The notes beneath the pieces are model-generated. The model was not told where the DNA came from. It did not search any database and worked only from the letters and a program-made list of their open reading frames with translations. From an uncultured Candidatus Rokubacteria bacterium (GTDB taxonomy: Bacteria > Methylomirabilota > Methylomirabilia > Rokubacteriales > CSP1-6): a stretch of DNA of 64,000 bases. Shown piece after piece: positions 45,269 to 53,894 of this stretch. The DNA lies in contig CAVRLO010000021.1 of the NCBI GenBank assembly GCA_963721815.1, forward strand, positions 96,066 to 160,065, given 5' to 3'. Each line of letters opens with the position of its first letter. Position 1 is the stretch's first letter. The position numbers were made by a program, and so were the translations under genes.

Positions 45269-45311
45269 GATTCGCTGCCGTGAGCCGCTTCTTCGTCCAC
45301 CACTGAAACAT
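44901..45311 (-). CDS. pilA: Major type IV pilin, copy 1
   Basis: MFQWWTKKRLTAANQRG|FTLIELMIVVAIIGILAAIAIPLY. 136 aa. RBS GGGGGA. Confidence 0.9.
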   Translation of the reverse strand: MFQWWTKKRLTAANQRGFTLIELMIVVAIIGILAAIAIPLYANVQARARIAKAQADARALASAVSIYSAHMGNVAAALTDLTAVATNGQGQTAGPFMATIPTPPTGWTTPYSYSPNSAGGTFLISASGDGTTVALP

Positions 45312-45389
45312 TGCGTTCCCCCTGTTAGGCCTCTTGGCCTTGTTGGCCATGTGGGCTATGTGCTTCCAACTGCGTTGCACAATCGTAAA

Positions 45390-45405
45390 TGCAGCTTCAA
45401 TGCCA
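45390..45405 (-). promoter_or_regulatory. Sigma-54 (-24/-12) promoter of pilA copy 1
   Basis: The minus strand reads TGGCAT-tgaag-CTGCA (GG and GC 10 nt apart), 79 nt upstream of the ATG at 45311. Confidence 0.7.
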
Positions 45406-45448
45406 TCCTGTGAAGGCCCAGAAACGATGGGAAATCAGATACTTGCGT

Positions 45449-45461
45449 GGAGAATTTCCGG
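45449..45461 (-). promoter_or_regulatory. Conserved upstream motif CCGGAAATTCTCC (candidate activator / UAS site)
   Basis: The motif begins exactly 56 nt upstream of the TGGCA of the -24 element. The same spacing is seen in copy 2. Confidence 0.45.
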
Positions 45462-45538
45462 CAATCTTGCTCGCGTTTGACAGGCCGTGGCATTCTGAGT
45501 GACGAAATCCGTCAGGAAGGACATCCTAAAACAAAAAT

Positions 45539-45570
45539 GCGCACGGGAAGGGGTGACCCTTCCCGTGCGC
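45539..45570 (-). terminator. Rho-independent terminator downstream of pilA copy 2
   Basis: Same 14-bp stem and 4-nt loop, followed on the minus strand by CATTTTTGTTTT. Confidence 0.8.
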
Positions 45571-45956
45571 GGTGGAGCTGTAGATGCGTTACGGCAGGGC
45601 GACGGTGGTGCCGTCACCCGACGCGGAGATGAAGAACGTCCCGGCCGCGCTGTTGGGGCTGTAGGAGTACGGCGTCGTCCAGCCCGTGGGCGGAGTCGGG
45701 ATCGAGGCCATGAACGGACCGGCCGTCTGGCCCTGGCCGTTGGTCGCCACCGCCGTGAGGTCGGTGAGCGCCGCGGCGACGTTACCCATGTGAGCGCTGT
45801 AGATCGAGACCGCCGAGGCGAGGGCTCGGGCGTCGGCCTGGGCCTTGGCAATCCGCGCGCGCGCCTGCACGTTGGCGTAGAGCGGGATGGCGATGGCCGC
45901 CAGGATGCCGATGATCGCGACGACGATCATCAGCTCGATGAGAGTGAAGCCTCGCT
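45539..45956 (-). repeat. Tandem duplication unit 2
   Basis: Near-identical to 44851..45268. Confidence 0.85.
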
Positions 45957-45990
45957 TGTTCCCTACCTTCTTCGTCCAGAACCGCATCAT
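45589..45990 (-). CDS. pilA: Major type IV pilin, copy 2
   Basis: MMRFWTKKVGNKRG|FTLIELMIVVAIIGILAAIAIPLY. 133 aa. RBS AAGGAGG. Confidence 0.9.
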   Translation of the reverse strand: MMRFWTKKVGNKRGFTLIELMIVVAIIGILAAIAIPLYANVQARARIAKAQADARALASAVSIYSAHMGNVAAALTDLTAVATNGQGQTAGPFMASIPTPPTGWTTPYSYSPNSAAGTFFISASGDGTTVALP

Positions 45991-46059
45991 TGTCGGATCC
46001 TCCTTGCTTTGTTTTTGTCCCGTCGCTTCGAATCGTTTTTGTTTCTCGCAAGGGGTTAG

Positions 46060-46075
46060 TGCAGGCGCGGTGCCA
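46060..46075 (-). promoter_or_regulatory. Sigma-54 (-24/-12) promoter of pilA copy 2
   Basis: The minus strand reads TGGCAC-cgcgc-CTGCA, 70 nt upstream of the ATG at 45990. Confidence 0.7.
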
Positions 46076-46117
46076 TCGATAGGATTGATGGAAACGCCAG
46101 GTCTCTCGCGGAGATAC

Positions 46118-46131
46118 GGGAAAATTTCCGG
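46118..46131 (-). promoter_or_regulatory. Conserved upstream motif CCGGAAAATTTCCC (candidate activator / UAS site)
   Basis: Near-palindromic GGAAAATTTCC. The CCGG begins exactly 56 nt upstream of the TGGCA. Confidence 0.45.
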
Positions 46132-46244
46132 ACACGCCGACCACGACGTTGACGGCCCCGGGCATCTCGGTTGACGAGGAGCGTCAGGCGACCCTTGTTT
46201 CCGGATTCGCGTCGGGGAGGATTCCGAGCTTCGCGCGGCGAGCG

Positions 46245-47630
46245 TCAGCTCTGAGGCTGCGTTCGCTGGCTGTGCTTCTGGAGCTTGTATCGGAATTGGC
46301 GGAAGCTGACTCGCAGGAGCTCGGCAGCCCGCGTCTGAACGCCCCCGGTGCGGGCTAGGGCCATCTGCAGGTACCGATTCTCGATCCGGTCCAGGGTGGC
46401 CTCGAGGTCGAGGCCGTCGGCGGGAATCTCAACCGGTACTTCCTGGGTTGCCCGCGACTGCTGCAGGTCGGGCGGCAGTGCGTCGGCCTCGAGAGCATCG
46501 CCACTGCCGAGGACCAGCGCTCGTTCGATCACGTTCTCGAGCTCGCGGATATTGCCGGGCCACCGGTAGTTCTCGAGAATCGCCAGCGCTTCCGGACTCA
46601 CCCCCTTCACGGCCTTGCCGAGCTCGGCGGAGATTTTCCGGACGAAATGCGCGGCCAGCAGCGGAATGTCCTCACGACGCTCGCGGAGCGGTGGCAGCTG
46701 GATCGGAATGACGTTAAGCCGGTAGAAGAGGTCCTCGCGGAGGATTCCGTCGGCGACCGCCTTGGCCACGTCTCGGTTCGACGCCGCGATGAGCCGCACG
46801 TCGACCTTGACGTCGCGCGTGTCGCCGACGCGGCGGATCTCGCGCTCCTGAATCGCCCGCAGCAGCTTGACCTGGACGGACTGCGGCACCTCGGTGACCT
46901 CGTCGAGGAAGAGGCTGCCCCCGCTGGCCGCCGAGAACAGTCCGACGGTGTTGGCGACGGCGCCGGTGAATGCGCCCTTCACGTGCCCGAAGAGCTCGGA
47001 TTCCATCAGGGTCTCTGGGATGGCGCCGCAATTGACCGAGACGAAGGGGCCGGCCCGGCGCGGGCTCTCCTGATGGATCGCCTGCGCGACCAGCTCCTTG
47101 CCGGTTCCGCTCTCGCCCGTGACCATCACCGTTGAGAGCCCGTCGGCGGTCTTTCGAATGACCTCGAGCAGCTCGACCATCTGCCGGCTCTTGCCGATGA
47201 AGCTCTCGAATCCGCGCTCTCGCCGGAGCTGCGTCCGAAGCTCGCGGTTCTCGTCCTGAAGCCGCTTGCGCTCGAGCGCATTGGCGATCGTCAGCTTGAT
47301 CTCGTCGAGCTTGAACGGCTTGGTGACGTAGTCGTAGGCGCCGAGCTTCATAGCCTCGACCGCGGTCTCGGTGGACGCGAACGCGGTGACCACGAGGACG
47401 ACGGTACTGGGCGAGTGCTCCTTCGCGGCGCGCAGCACCGCGATGCCGTCCACCTTGCGCATCCGCAGGTCGGTGATCACGAGGTCGAACGGCTCGCTCT
47501 TGATCACGTCGATGGCCTGCTCGCCGCCCTCGGCGAGCGTGACGTCGTGCCCGGCTTGTCTCAGCATGATCGCGAGGAGCTCGCGCATGCTCCGTTCGTC
47601 GTCGACAACGAGCACCCGGGTGTCAGGCAT
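46245..47630 (-). CDS. pilR: Sigma-54-dependent response regulator PilR (NtrC family)
   Basis: Intact. REC domain (VLVVDDE ... DLVITDLRM), AAA+ domain (GESGTGKE, GAFTGA, ESELFGH) and a C-terminal HTH are present. Confidence 0.9.
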   Translation of the reverse strand: MPDTRVLVVDDERSMRELLAIMLRQAGHDVTLAEGGEQAIDVIKSEPFDLVITDLRMRKVDGIAVLRAAKEHSPSTVVLVVTAFASTETAVEAMKLGAYDYVTKPFKLDEIKLTIANALERKRLQDENRELRTQLRRERGFESFIGKSRQMVELLEVIRKTADGLSTVMVTGESGTGKELVAQAIHQESPRRAGPFVSVNCGAIPETLMESELFGHVKGAFTGAVANTVGLFSAASGGSLFLDEVTEVPQSVQVKLLRAIQEREIRRVGDTRDVKVDVRLIAASNRDVAKAVADGILREDLFYRLNVIPIQLPPLRERREDIPLLAAHFVRKISAELGKAVKGVSPEALAILENYRWPGNIRELENVIERALVLGSGDALEADALPPDLQQSRATQEVPVEIPADGLDLEATLDRIENRYLQMALARTGGVQTRAAELLRVSFRQFRYKLQKHSQRTQPQS

Positions 47631-49239
47631 GGTGGGATGGCAAGGTGAGGGTGAACGTCGTACCCAGGCCGGGCGCGCTCCGCACGTCGATCTCGCCGCC
47701 GTGCTCCTGGACGACCCGGTGGACAAGGGCCAGACCGAGTCCGGTACCCTCCGACTTGGTGGAGAAGAAGGGCTCGAAGACGTGCGAGACGTCGCCCGCC
47801 GCGATGCCCTCGCCCGTATCGGTCACCGTGATCTCGAGCGTGTCTCCGCGAACGGCCGCGGCGACGCGAAGCTCACCGCCCTCCGGCATCGCCTCGACCG
47901 CGTTCAGGCAGAGATTCCACAGAATCTGCCGGAACTGCTGGGCGTCGACCGGCCAGAGCAGGGACGGCGGGAACTCGCGGATCACCTTGAGGCTGCCCTC
48001 ACTGGCACGATGCTCCAGCAGCAACAGGACCTCCTCGGCGGCGGCCGCCACGTCGAACGCTCCGATCGACAGCGGGGCGGGGCGCGCGTACTCGAGGAAA
48101 TTCTTGATGATGTGATTGAGTCGCTCGGACTCGCGCGCCACGATCTGCGAGAGGCGTTCGCGCGCATCCTCGGCCGTGTGCGGGCTGGTCAGGACCTCGA
48201 TCGCTCCCGTGAGGGAGGCGAGGGGATTGCGAATCTCATGGGCGATGTTCGCGGACATTCGCCCGAGCGTCGCCAGTCGATCGGCCTGCCGCATCCGCGA
48301 CTCCATCGCCCGAATCTTCGAGAGGTCCTCGCAGGCGCCGATCAGGCCCAGCCGCACGCCCTCTCCGGACCGGAGCGCGGAAAACGTCATGCGCACCGGC
48401 ACCGTGGAGTTGTCGGGCCGGCGCAGCACCGTCTCGTGGCGCACCGACGCGCGCGGGTTGCCCTCGATCGCCGCCTCGATGGCGGCGAGCGGTACCGCCG
48501 CTCCCATGAGCGTCTCCGAGCTATGACCGATCGCCTGCGTCGACGGCACTCCGGTGATCTCTTCCGCGGCGCGGTTGAACGCCGTGATCCGATGCGCGCG
48601 GTCGAACGCGATCAGCCCCGTGTCGACGGACTGGAAGATCAGGTCCTTGAAAGCCTGGAGGTCCCGGAGGTCCTTCTGCCGGGTCTCGAGCTCCTGGTGG
48701 GTGGCGCGGTACCGTTCGCCGAGACCGCCAGCGACGATCGCGACGGCGAGGAGGGTCGCCGCGTTGAGGAACATCGTCACGAGCTCGAGCGCCGTCGTCT
48801 CCTGCGGCGCGTTCAGGAACACCGTCAACGGGAGCACCGTGCGCGTGATCACGACCGCGGTGTACAGCACGCTGGACATTGCCGCGATCGCGAGACCACG
48901 GGTGCGTGACAGCATGACGCACGCGGCGGTGACCGACAGCACGTACAGGAAGGCGAAGATCGATCGCGCGCCGCCGGTGGCGGCGACGACGGCCGTGATG
49001 AGCGTGGCGTCGAGCAGGCAGATGAACCACGCGAGCCGGCGGGGCTGAGACGGCGGCCCGAGCAGGAGCATCGCGCTCGACGACGTCAACGCGATGATGA
49101 GCGCTGCCGCGAGAATCTGGCTCTCGCCCGCCATCAGGCCGGGCGGCACGAACGGCGCGAGCGCCAGGAGGACCAGCGAGACCGCGAGCCGCGCCCAGGC
49201 GAATCCCTGGAGCGGCCCGCCGACCGTGAGCGCCTTCAC
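47623..49239 (-). CDS. pilS: Sensor histidine kinase PilS
   Basis: Intact 538 aa with about 6 N-terminal TM helices, a PAS-like segment, H-box IAHEIRNPLASL and HATPase_c (DTGEGI, GTGLGLALV). It overlaps pilR by 8 nt. Confidence 0.85.
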   Translation of the reverse strand: MKALTVGGPLQGFAWARLAVSLVLLALAPFVPPGLMAGESQILAAALIIALTSSSAMLLLGPPSQPRRLAWFICLLDATLITAVVAATGGARSIFAFLYVLSVTAACVMLSRTRGLAIAAMSSVLYTAVVITRTVLPLTVFLNAPQETTALELVTMFLNAATLLAVAIVAGGLGERYRATHQELETRQKDLRDLQAFKDLIFQSVDTGLIAFDRAHRITAFNRAAEEITGVPSTQAIGHSSETLMGAAVPLAAIEAAIEGNPRASVRHETVLRRPDNSTVPVRMTFSALRSGEGVRLGLIGACEDLSKIRAMESRMRQADRLATLGRMSANIAHEIRNPLASLTGAIEVLTSPHTAEDARERLSQIVARESERLNHIIKNFLEYARPAPLSIGAFDVAAAAEEVLLLLEHRASEGSLKVIREFPPSLLWPVDAQQFRQILWNLCLNAVEAMPEGGELRVAAAVRGDTLEITVTDTGEGIAAGDVSHVFEPFFSTKSEGTGLGLALVHRVVQEHGGEIDVRSAPGLGTTFTLTLPSHHA

Positions 49240-50441
49240 TACTTCATCAAGGTGACCAGACGGAAGATCGGGAGGTACATCGCGACCACGAGGCCGCCGA
49301 CGACCACGCCCAGGAAGACGATCATGATCGGCTCGAGCAACGACGTGAGCGCCGTGACCGCCGTGTCGACCTCGTCGTCGTAGAAGTCGGCGATCTTGGA
49401 GAGCATCTGGTCGAGCGCACCGGTGTTCTCACCCACGCTGATCATGTGGACGACCATGGGCGGGAAGACGGTGCTGCCCTTGAGGGGCTCGGAGAGCGTT
49501 CGACCGGAGGTGACCGCCGTGCGAGCCTGCATGACGGTCCGCTCGACCACCCGGTTGCCGGCCGAGCGCGCGGTGATGAGCAGCCCTTCGAGGATCGGGA
49601 CGCCGGAAGAGATGAGCGTACCGAGCGTGCGGGTGAAGCGCGCGACGGCGACCTTGCGGATGAGCATGCCGACGACCGGCACCTTCAGCAGGAAGGTGTC
49701 GATTACGGTGCTGCCCTGATCGGTATTGTAGTAGCGCTTGATTGCGTAGATGATGCCGGCGCCCACGCCGATCATGACCAGGATATATCTCTGCGTGAAC
49801 TCCGAGATGAACATGACGATCTTGGTCGGCAGCGGCAGATCGGCGCCGAGTCCCTGGAACATCTTCGCGAACGTCGGGATGACGAAGATCATCATGAACA
49901 CGATGACCAGCACCGCCACGCTGATGATCGTGACCGGGTACACCATGGCGCCCTTCACCTTGCTCTTGAGCTTGGCGGCCTTCTCGATGTAGCCCGACAA
50001 CCGCTGCAGGACGACGTCGAGCACACCGCCCGACTCACCGACCTGGAGCATGTTGGTGAAGAGATCGTTGAAGACCTTGGGGTACTTCCGGAACGACTCG
50101 GCCAAGGTCGCGCCACCCTCGACCTCGCGCGCGATCTTACCGGTGACTTGGCGAAGGTTCTTGGAGTCGCTCTGCTCCGAGAGGATCGACAGGCACTGCG
50201 CGATCGGAAGGCCGGCGTCGACCATCGTGGAAAACTGGCGCGTGTAGATCGCCAGGTCCTTGTCCTTGACCTTGCCGCCGATCTTCTTGATGCCGACGGG
50301 CTTGGCCAACCGTTCCTGGACCGACGTCGCGACGACGCCCCGCGCCCGCAGCGCCGTGACGGCCGCGGGTCGGTCGTTCGCTTCGATCTCGCCGGAGACG
50401 ACGGCTCCGCCGGATCGGCCGCGAAAGGCGTACATGGCCAT
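49239..50441 (-). CDS. pilC: Type IV pilus platform protein PilC (GspF family)
   Basis: Intact 400 aa with duplicated T2SSF domains and 3 TM segments. Confidence 0.9.
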   Translation of the reverse strand: MAMYAFRGRSGGAVVSGEIEANDRPAAVTALRARGVVATSVQERLAKPVGIKKIGGKVKDKDLAIYTRQFSTMVDAGLPIAQCLSILSEQSDSKNLRQVTGKIAREVEGGATLAESFRKYPKVFNDLFTNMLQVGESGGVLDVVLQRLSGYIEKAAKLKSKVKGAMVYPVTIISVAVLVIVFMMIFVIPTFAKMFQGLGADLPLPTKIVMFISEFTQRYILVMIGVGAGIIYAIKRYYNTDQGSTVIDTFLLKVPVVGMLIRKVAVARFTRTLGTLISSGVPILEGLLITARSAGNRVVERTVMQARTAVTSGRTLSEPLKGSTVFPPMVVHMISVGENTGALDQMLSKIADFYDDEVDTAVTALTSLLEPIMIVFLGVVVGGLVVAMYLPIFRLVTLMK

Positions 50442-50455
50442 GATCTGCGCTCCTC

Positions 50456-51574
50456 CTACCGTTTGGCGAACGGTGAGACGCCGGCGCCCGCACTGGCAGT
50501 GGCCGCCGGACCTTCGTGCGCGAGGAGCTGCAAGAGCTCCTCGACCAGCGTCGATCTGTTCAGCGCGTCCTCACGCGTGATCAGGTGCCGCTTCGTCAGA
50601 TCCGCCAGGGACTGATTCATCGTCTGCATGCCGAACTTCTGCCCGGTGGCGATCGCCGAGTAGACCTGGTGGATCTTCTCCTCGCGGATGAGGTTGCGAA
50701 TGGCGGGCGTGGCCACCATGATCTCCAGCGACATCACCCGTCCGCCGCCGACCTTGGGGATGAGGGTCTGCGAGAGAACCCCCTCGAGCACGAGCGAGAG
50801 CTGCGCCCGGACCTGCGCCTGCTGGGTCGTCGGAAACACGTCGATGATGCGGTTCATCGTCTGCGCGCACGAGTTCGTGTGCAAGGTGCCGAACGTCAGG
50901 TGCCCGGTCTCCGCGATCGTCAGCGCTGCCGCGATCGTCTCCAGGTCGCGCATCTCGCCGACGAGGACCACGTCCGGGTCCTGCCGGAGGATCGACTTGA
51001 GCGCCTTGGTGAACGACTGCGTGTCGGCGAAGACCTCGCGCTGGTTGACGAGGCACTGCTTGTGCGGATGGACGAACTCGATCGGGTCCTCGATCGTCAT
51101 GATGTGGTCGTGGCGCTCGTTGTTGATCTTGTCGATCATGGCGGCGAGCGTCGTCGACTTGCCGGACCCCGTGGGCCCGGTCACGAGGATCAACCCTTTG
51201 GGACGATCCGCGAGCTGCTGGACGATCTGCGGCAGCCCCAGCTCGTCGAACGAGCGGATCTTGTACGGGATGACGCGGATCGCGCACCCGACCGCCCCGC
51301 GCTGCCGGTAGACGTTACAGCGAAAGCGCGCGAGACCCTGGATGCCGAAGGAGAGGTCGAGCTCGTTCTCTTCCTCGAACTTCTGCTTCTGACCCTCGTT
51401 CAGCACGCTGTACGCGAGCCGCTGCGTATCCTGCGGCGCCAGGACCTCGAATTGGTTGAGCTGGGTGAGGCGGCCGCTGACGCGGATCTGCGGATACGTC
51501 CCGCTCGTGATGTGCAGATCCGACGCGCCACGGTCCACCATAAGCTGCAGAAGATCGGCCATGTTGGCGGCCAT
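50456..51574 (-). CDS. pilT: Twitching-motility retraction ATPase PilT
   Basis: Intact 372 aa. Motifs GLILVTGPTGSGKSTT, DPDVVLVGEMRD, GHLTFGTLHT and AIRNLIRE. Confidence 0.95.
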   Translation of the reverse strand: MAANMADLLQLMVDRGASDLHITSGTYPQIRVSGRLTQLNQFEVLAPQDTQRLAYSVLNEGQKQKFEEENELDLSFGIQGLARFRCNVYRQRGAVGCAIRVIPYKIRSFDELGLPQIVQQLADRPKGLILVTGPTGSGKSTTLAAMIDKINNERHDHIMTIEDPIEFVHPHKQCLVNQREVFADTQSFTKALKSILRQDPDVVLVGEMRDLETIAAALTIAETGHLTFGTLHTNSCAQTMNRIIDVFPTTQQAQVRAQLSLVLEGVLSQTLIPKVGGGRVMSLEIMVATPAIRNLIREEKIHQVYSAIATGQKFGMQTMNQSLADLTKRHLITREDALNRSTLVEELLQLLAHEGPAATASAGAGVSPFAKR

Positions 51575-51603
51575 CGTGCCTCCCTACAACGCAATGCCCC
51601 TGT

Positions 51604-53346
51604 TTAAGACAGGGTAACTCTGAGGACTTCCTCGATCGTCGTAGTTCCTTCAATGACCTTCATGAGGCCGGCCTGTCGCAAAGACTTCATACCCGCCGTC
51701 TCGGCGATCGACCGCAGCTCGGCGGTCGGGGCATTCTTGAGAATCGCGCTGCGGAGCTCCTCGCCGATCGGCATGACCTCGTAGATCGCGATGCGGCCCT
51801 TCATTCCCGTGAAGTTACAGGTCGCACAGCCCTTGCCCTTGTAGAACTGGGTCTTCCCCTTCCCGATCGGGACGTGTCCATATTGCACGAGGCTTTCCTC
51901 GTCGGCGTCGTAGGGCTCCCGGCACTGTTTACAGACCTTCCGGCCCAGTCGCTGGGCCAGGACGAGCAGCAGCGACGACGCCACCAGGAACGCCGGGATC
52001 CCCATGTCGAGGAGCCGCGCGATCGTGGAGGGGCAATCGTTGGTGTGCAGGGTGGAGAAGACCAGGTGGCCCGTGAGCGCAGCGCGAATGCTGATCTGCG
52101 CGGTCTCGAGGTCGCGCGTCTCACCAACGAGGATGACGTCCGGGTCCTGACGGAGGAAGGAGCGGAGCGCAGCGGCGAACGTCCGGCCGACACCCTCGTT
52201 GATCTGGACCTGGTTGACGCCCTTCAGGTTGTACTCGACCGGGTCCTCGGCGGTCATGATGTTCACGTCGGGCGAGTTGATCGTGTGGATGCCCGAGTAG
52301 AGCGTGGTGGTCTTGCCCGATCCGGTCGGCCCGGTGATCAGCACCATCCCGTATGGCTGGTGAATCGCGGCGCTGAACTTCTCGAGGCTCCAGTCGTCGA
52401 AGCCTAACTGCGTCAGGTCGAGCTTCAACGCGTCCTTGTCGAGAATTCGGAGAACCGCCTTCTCGCCGAAGATCGTCGGCAGGGTCGAGACGCGGAAGTC
52501 GATCTCGCGGTTGGTGTAGCGAAGCTTGATGCGTCCGTCCTGCGGAAGCCGGCGCTCGGCGATGTCGAGGTTCGACATGATCTTCAGGCGAGAGAGGATC
52601 GCCGATTCCAATCGCTTCGGCGGCGCCAGCATCTCGTGCAGCACGCCGTCCATCCGGAAGCGAATGCGGAAGATCTTCTCGTAAGACTCGAAGTGAATAT
52701 CGGAGGCGCCCTTCTGGATGGCGTCGACCAGCACCATGTTGACCAGCTTCACGACGGGCGCTTCGTCGGCCGATTCCTTCAGCTCGAAGACGTCGACCTT
52801 GGAGCCTTCTTCGCCTTCCTCGACGACCTCGACGTTGGACAGGTCGGTCTGCATGTCCGACAGAACGCTGGAGATGGCCTCCGTCTTCGACTCGTAGTTC
52901 CGGTCGATGGCCTTTTTGATCGACGTCTGCGACGCGACCAGCGGCAACACCTGGAGGTTGGTCATGAACGAGATGTCGTCGAGCGCGAACACGTTCGTCG
53001 GATCCGCCATCGCGAGCGCGAGCGAGTTGCCCATCCTCCGGACCGGGATGACCTCGTACTTGCGCGCGATGGGCGACGGCACGAGCTTGAGCACGTCCGG
53101 ATCGATGTCGAGCTGGCCGAGCGTGATCGACGGGACGCCGTACTGTCGCGACAAGAATCCAATGAGCTGGTCTTCGTTGACGAAGTTCAGACGGATCAGG
53201 ACCGAGCCCAGCTTTTCGGGAGAGCCCTTCTGTTCCGCGAGCGCCTTCTTGAGCTGTTCGGCGGTGAGGAGTCCGTCGGCGACGAGAAGGTCCCCGAGGC
53301 GTCGGTTGACCGGCTGCCCGAGCTTCACCTGCTGCTGCTGAGCCAT
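51604..53346 (-). CDS. pilB: Type IV pilus extension ATPase PilB (GspE family)
   Basis: Intact 580 aa with an N-terminal GSPII_E_N domain, Walker A GPTGSGKTTT and a tetracysteine motif CKQC...CATC. Confidence 0.95.
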   Translation of the reverse strand: MAQQQQVKLGQPVNRRLGDLLVADGLLTAEQLKKALAEQKGSPEKLGSVLIRLNFVNEDQLIGFLSRQYGVPSITLGQLDIDPDVLKLVPSPIARKYEVIPVRRMGNSLALAMADPTNVFALDDISFMTNLQVLPLVASQTSIKKAIDRNYESKTEAISSVLSDMQTDLSNVEVVEEGEEGSKVDVFELKESADEAPVVKLVNMVLVDAIQKGASDIHFESYEKIFRIRFRMDGVLHEMLAPPKRLESAILSRLKIMSNLDIAERRLPQDGRIKLRYTNREIDFRVSTLPTIFGEKAVLRILDKDALKLDLTQLGFDDWSLEKFSAAIHQPYGMVLITGPTGSGKTTTLYSGIHTINSPDVNIMTAEDPVEYNLKGVNQVQINEGVGRTFAAALRSFLRQDPDVILVGETRDLETAQISIRAALTGHLVFSTLHTNDCPSTIARLLDMGIPAFLVASSLLLVLAQRLGRKVCKQCREPYDADEESLVQYGHVPIGKGKTQFYKGKGCATCNFTGMKGRIAIYEVMPIGEELRSAILKNAPTAELRSIAETAGMKSLRQAGLMKVIEGTTTIEEVLRVTLS

Positions 53347-53355
53347 TGTAATCTT

Positions 53356-53894
53356 CTACTGTACCCCACCGAGTCTTTTCAACGTATCGGTAAAGGCCTT
53401 GTACGCATCATCTTGGTAAAGCACGAAAACAACGCGCTTCAAGCCCGGTCGGGCTGCCCTTCAAGTGAGACACCACAGCGTTGAGCATGGCATTCGCGGA
53501 CACGGCCGGCGGAACGTGGCCCACGCCGGTCCCGAGGGCCGGCAGCGCCAGCGACGTGATGCGGTGCTTGGCCGCCAGCGCGAGGACTGCGCGTGTCGTC
53601 GTCGCGATCTGCTCGCCGTCGGCCTTGAGGTCGGGGCCCATGACGGCCGCGTGGATCACGTGGGTCGCTGCCAGGTTGCCGCCGGTGGTCAACACGGCTT
53701 CGCCGATCTCGACGGGGCCCTGGCGCATTGCCTCTTCTTCGATGATGACCCCGCCCTTGCGCTTGATGGTGCTCGCGACGCCGGTGCTCATGGAGAGCGT
53801 CGAGTTCGCCGCGTTGATGATCGCGTCGACCTCCCAGTCGGTGATGTCGCCGCGTTCGATCGAGATGGATGATTGACCGAGTCCTGAGCCTCAT
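53356..53894 (-). CDS. Macro-domain (ADP-ribose binding / hydrolase) protein; two frame breaks
   Basis: IERGDITDWEVDAIINAANSTLSM.TGVA ... GNLAATHVIHAA ... SLALPALGTGVG. The C-terminus LKRVVFVLYQDDAYKAFTDTLKRLGGVQ is recovered in another frame. The ATG at 53894 overlaps the mazG stop. Confidence 0.7.

Noticed and set aside
46020-46040. tRNA T-loop-like string gcttcgaatcg
   Set aside because: There is no acceptor stem, anticodon arm or D-arm around it. It lies in the 5' leader of pilA copy 2.
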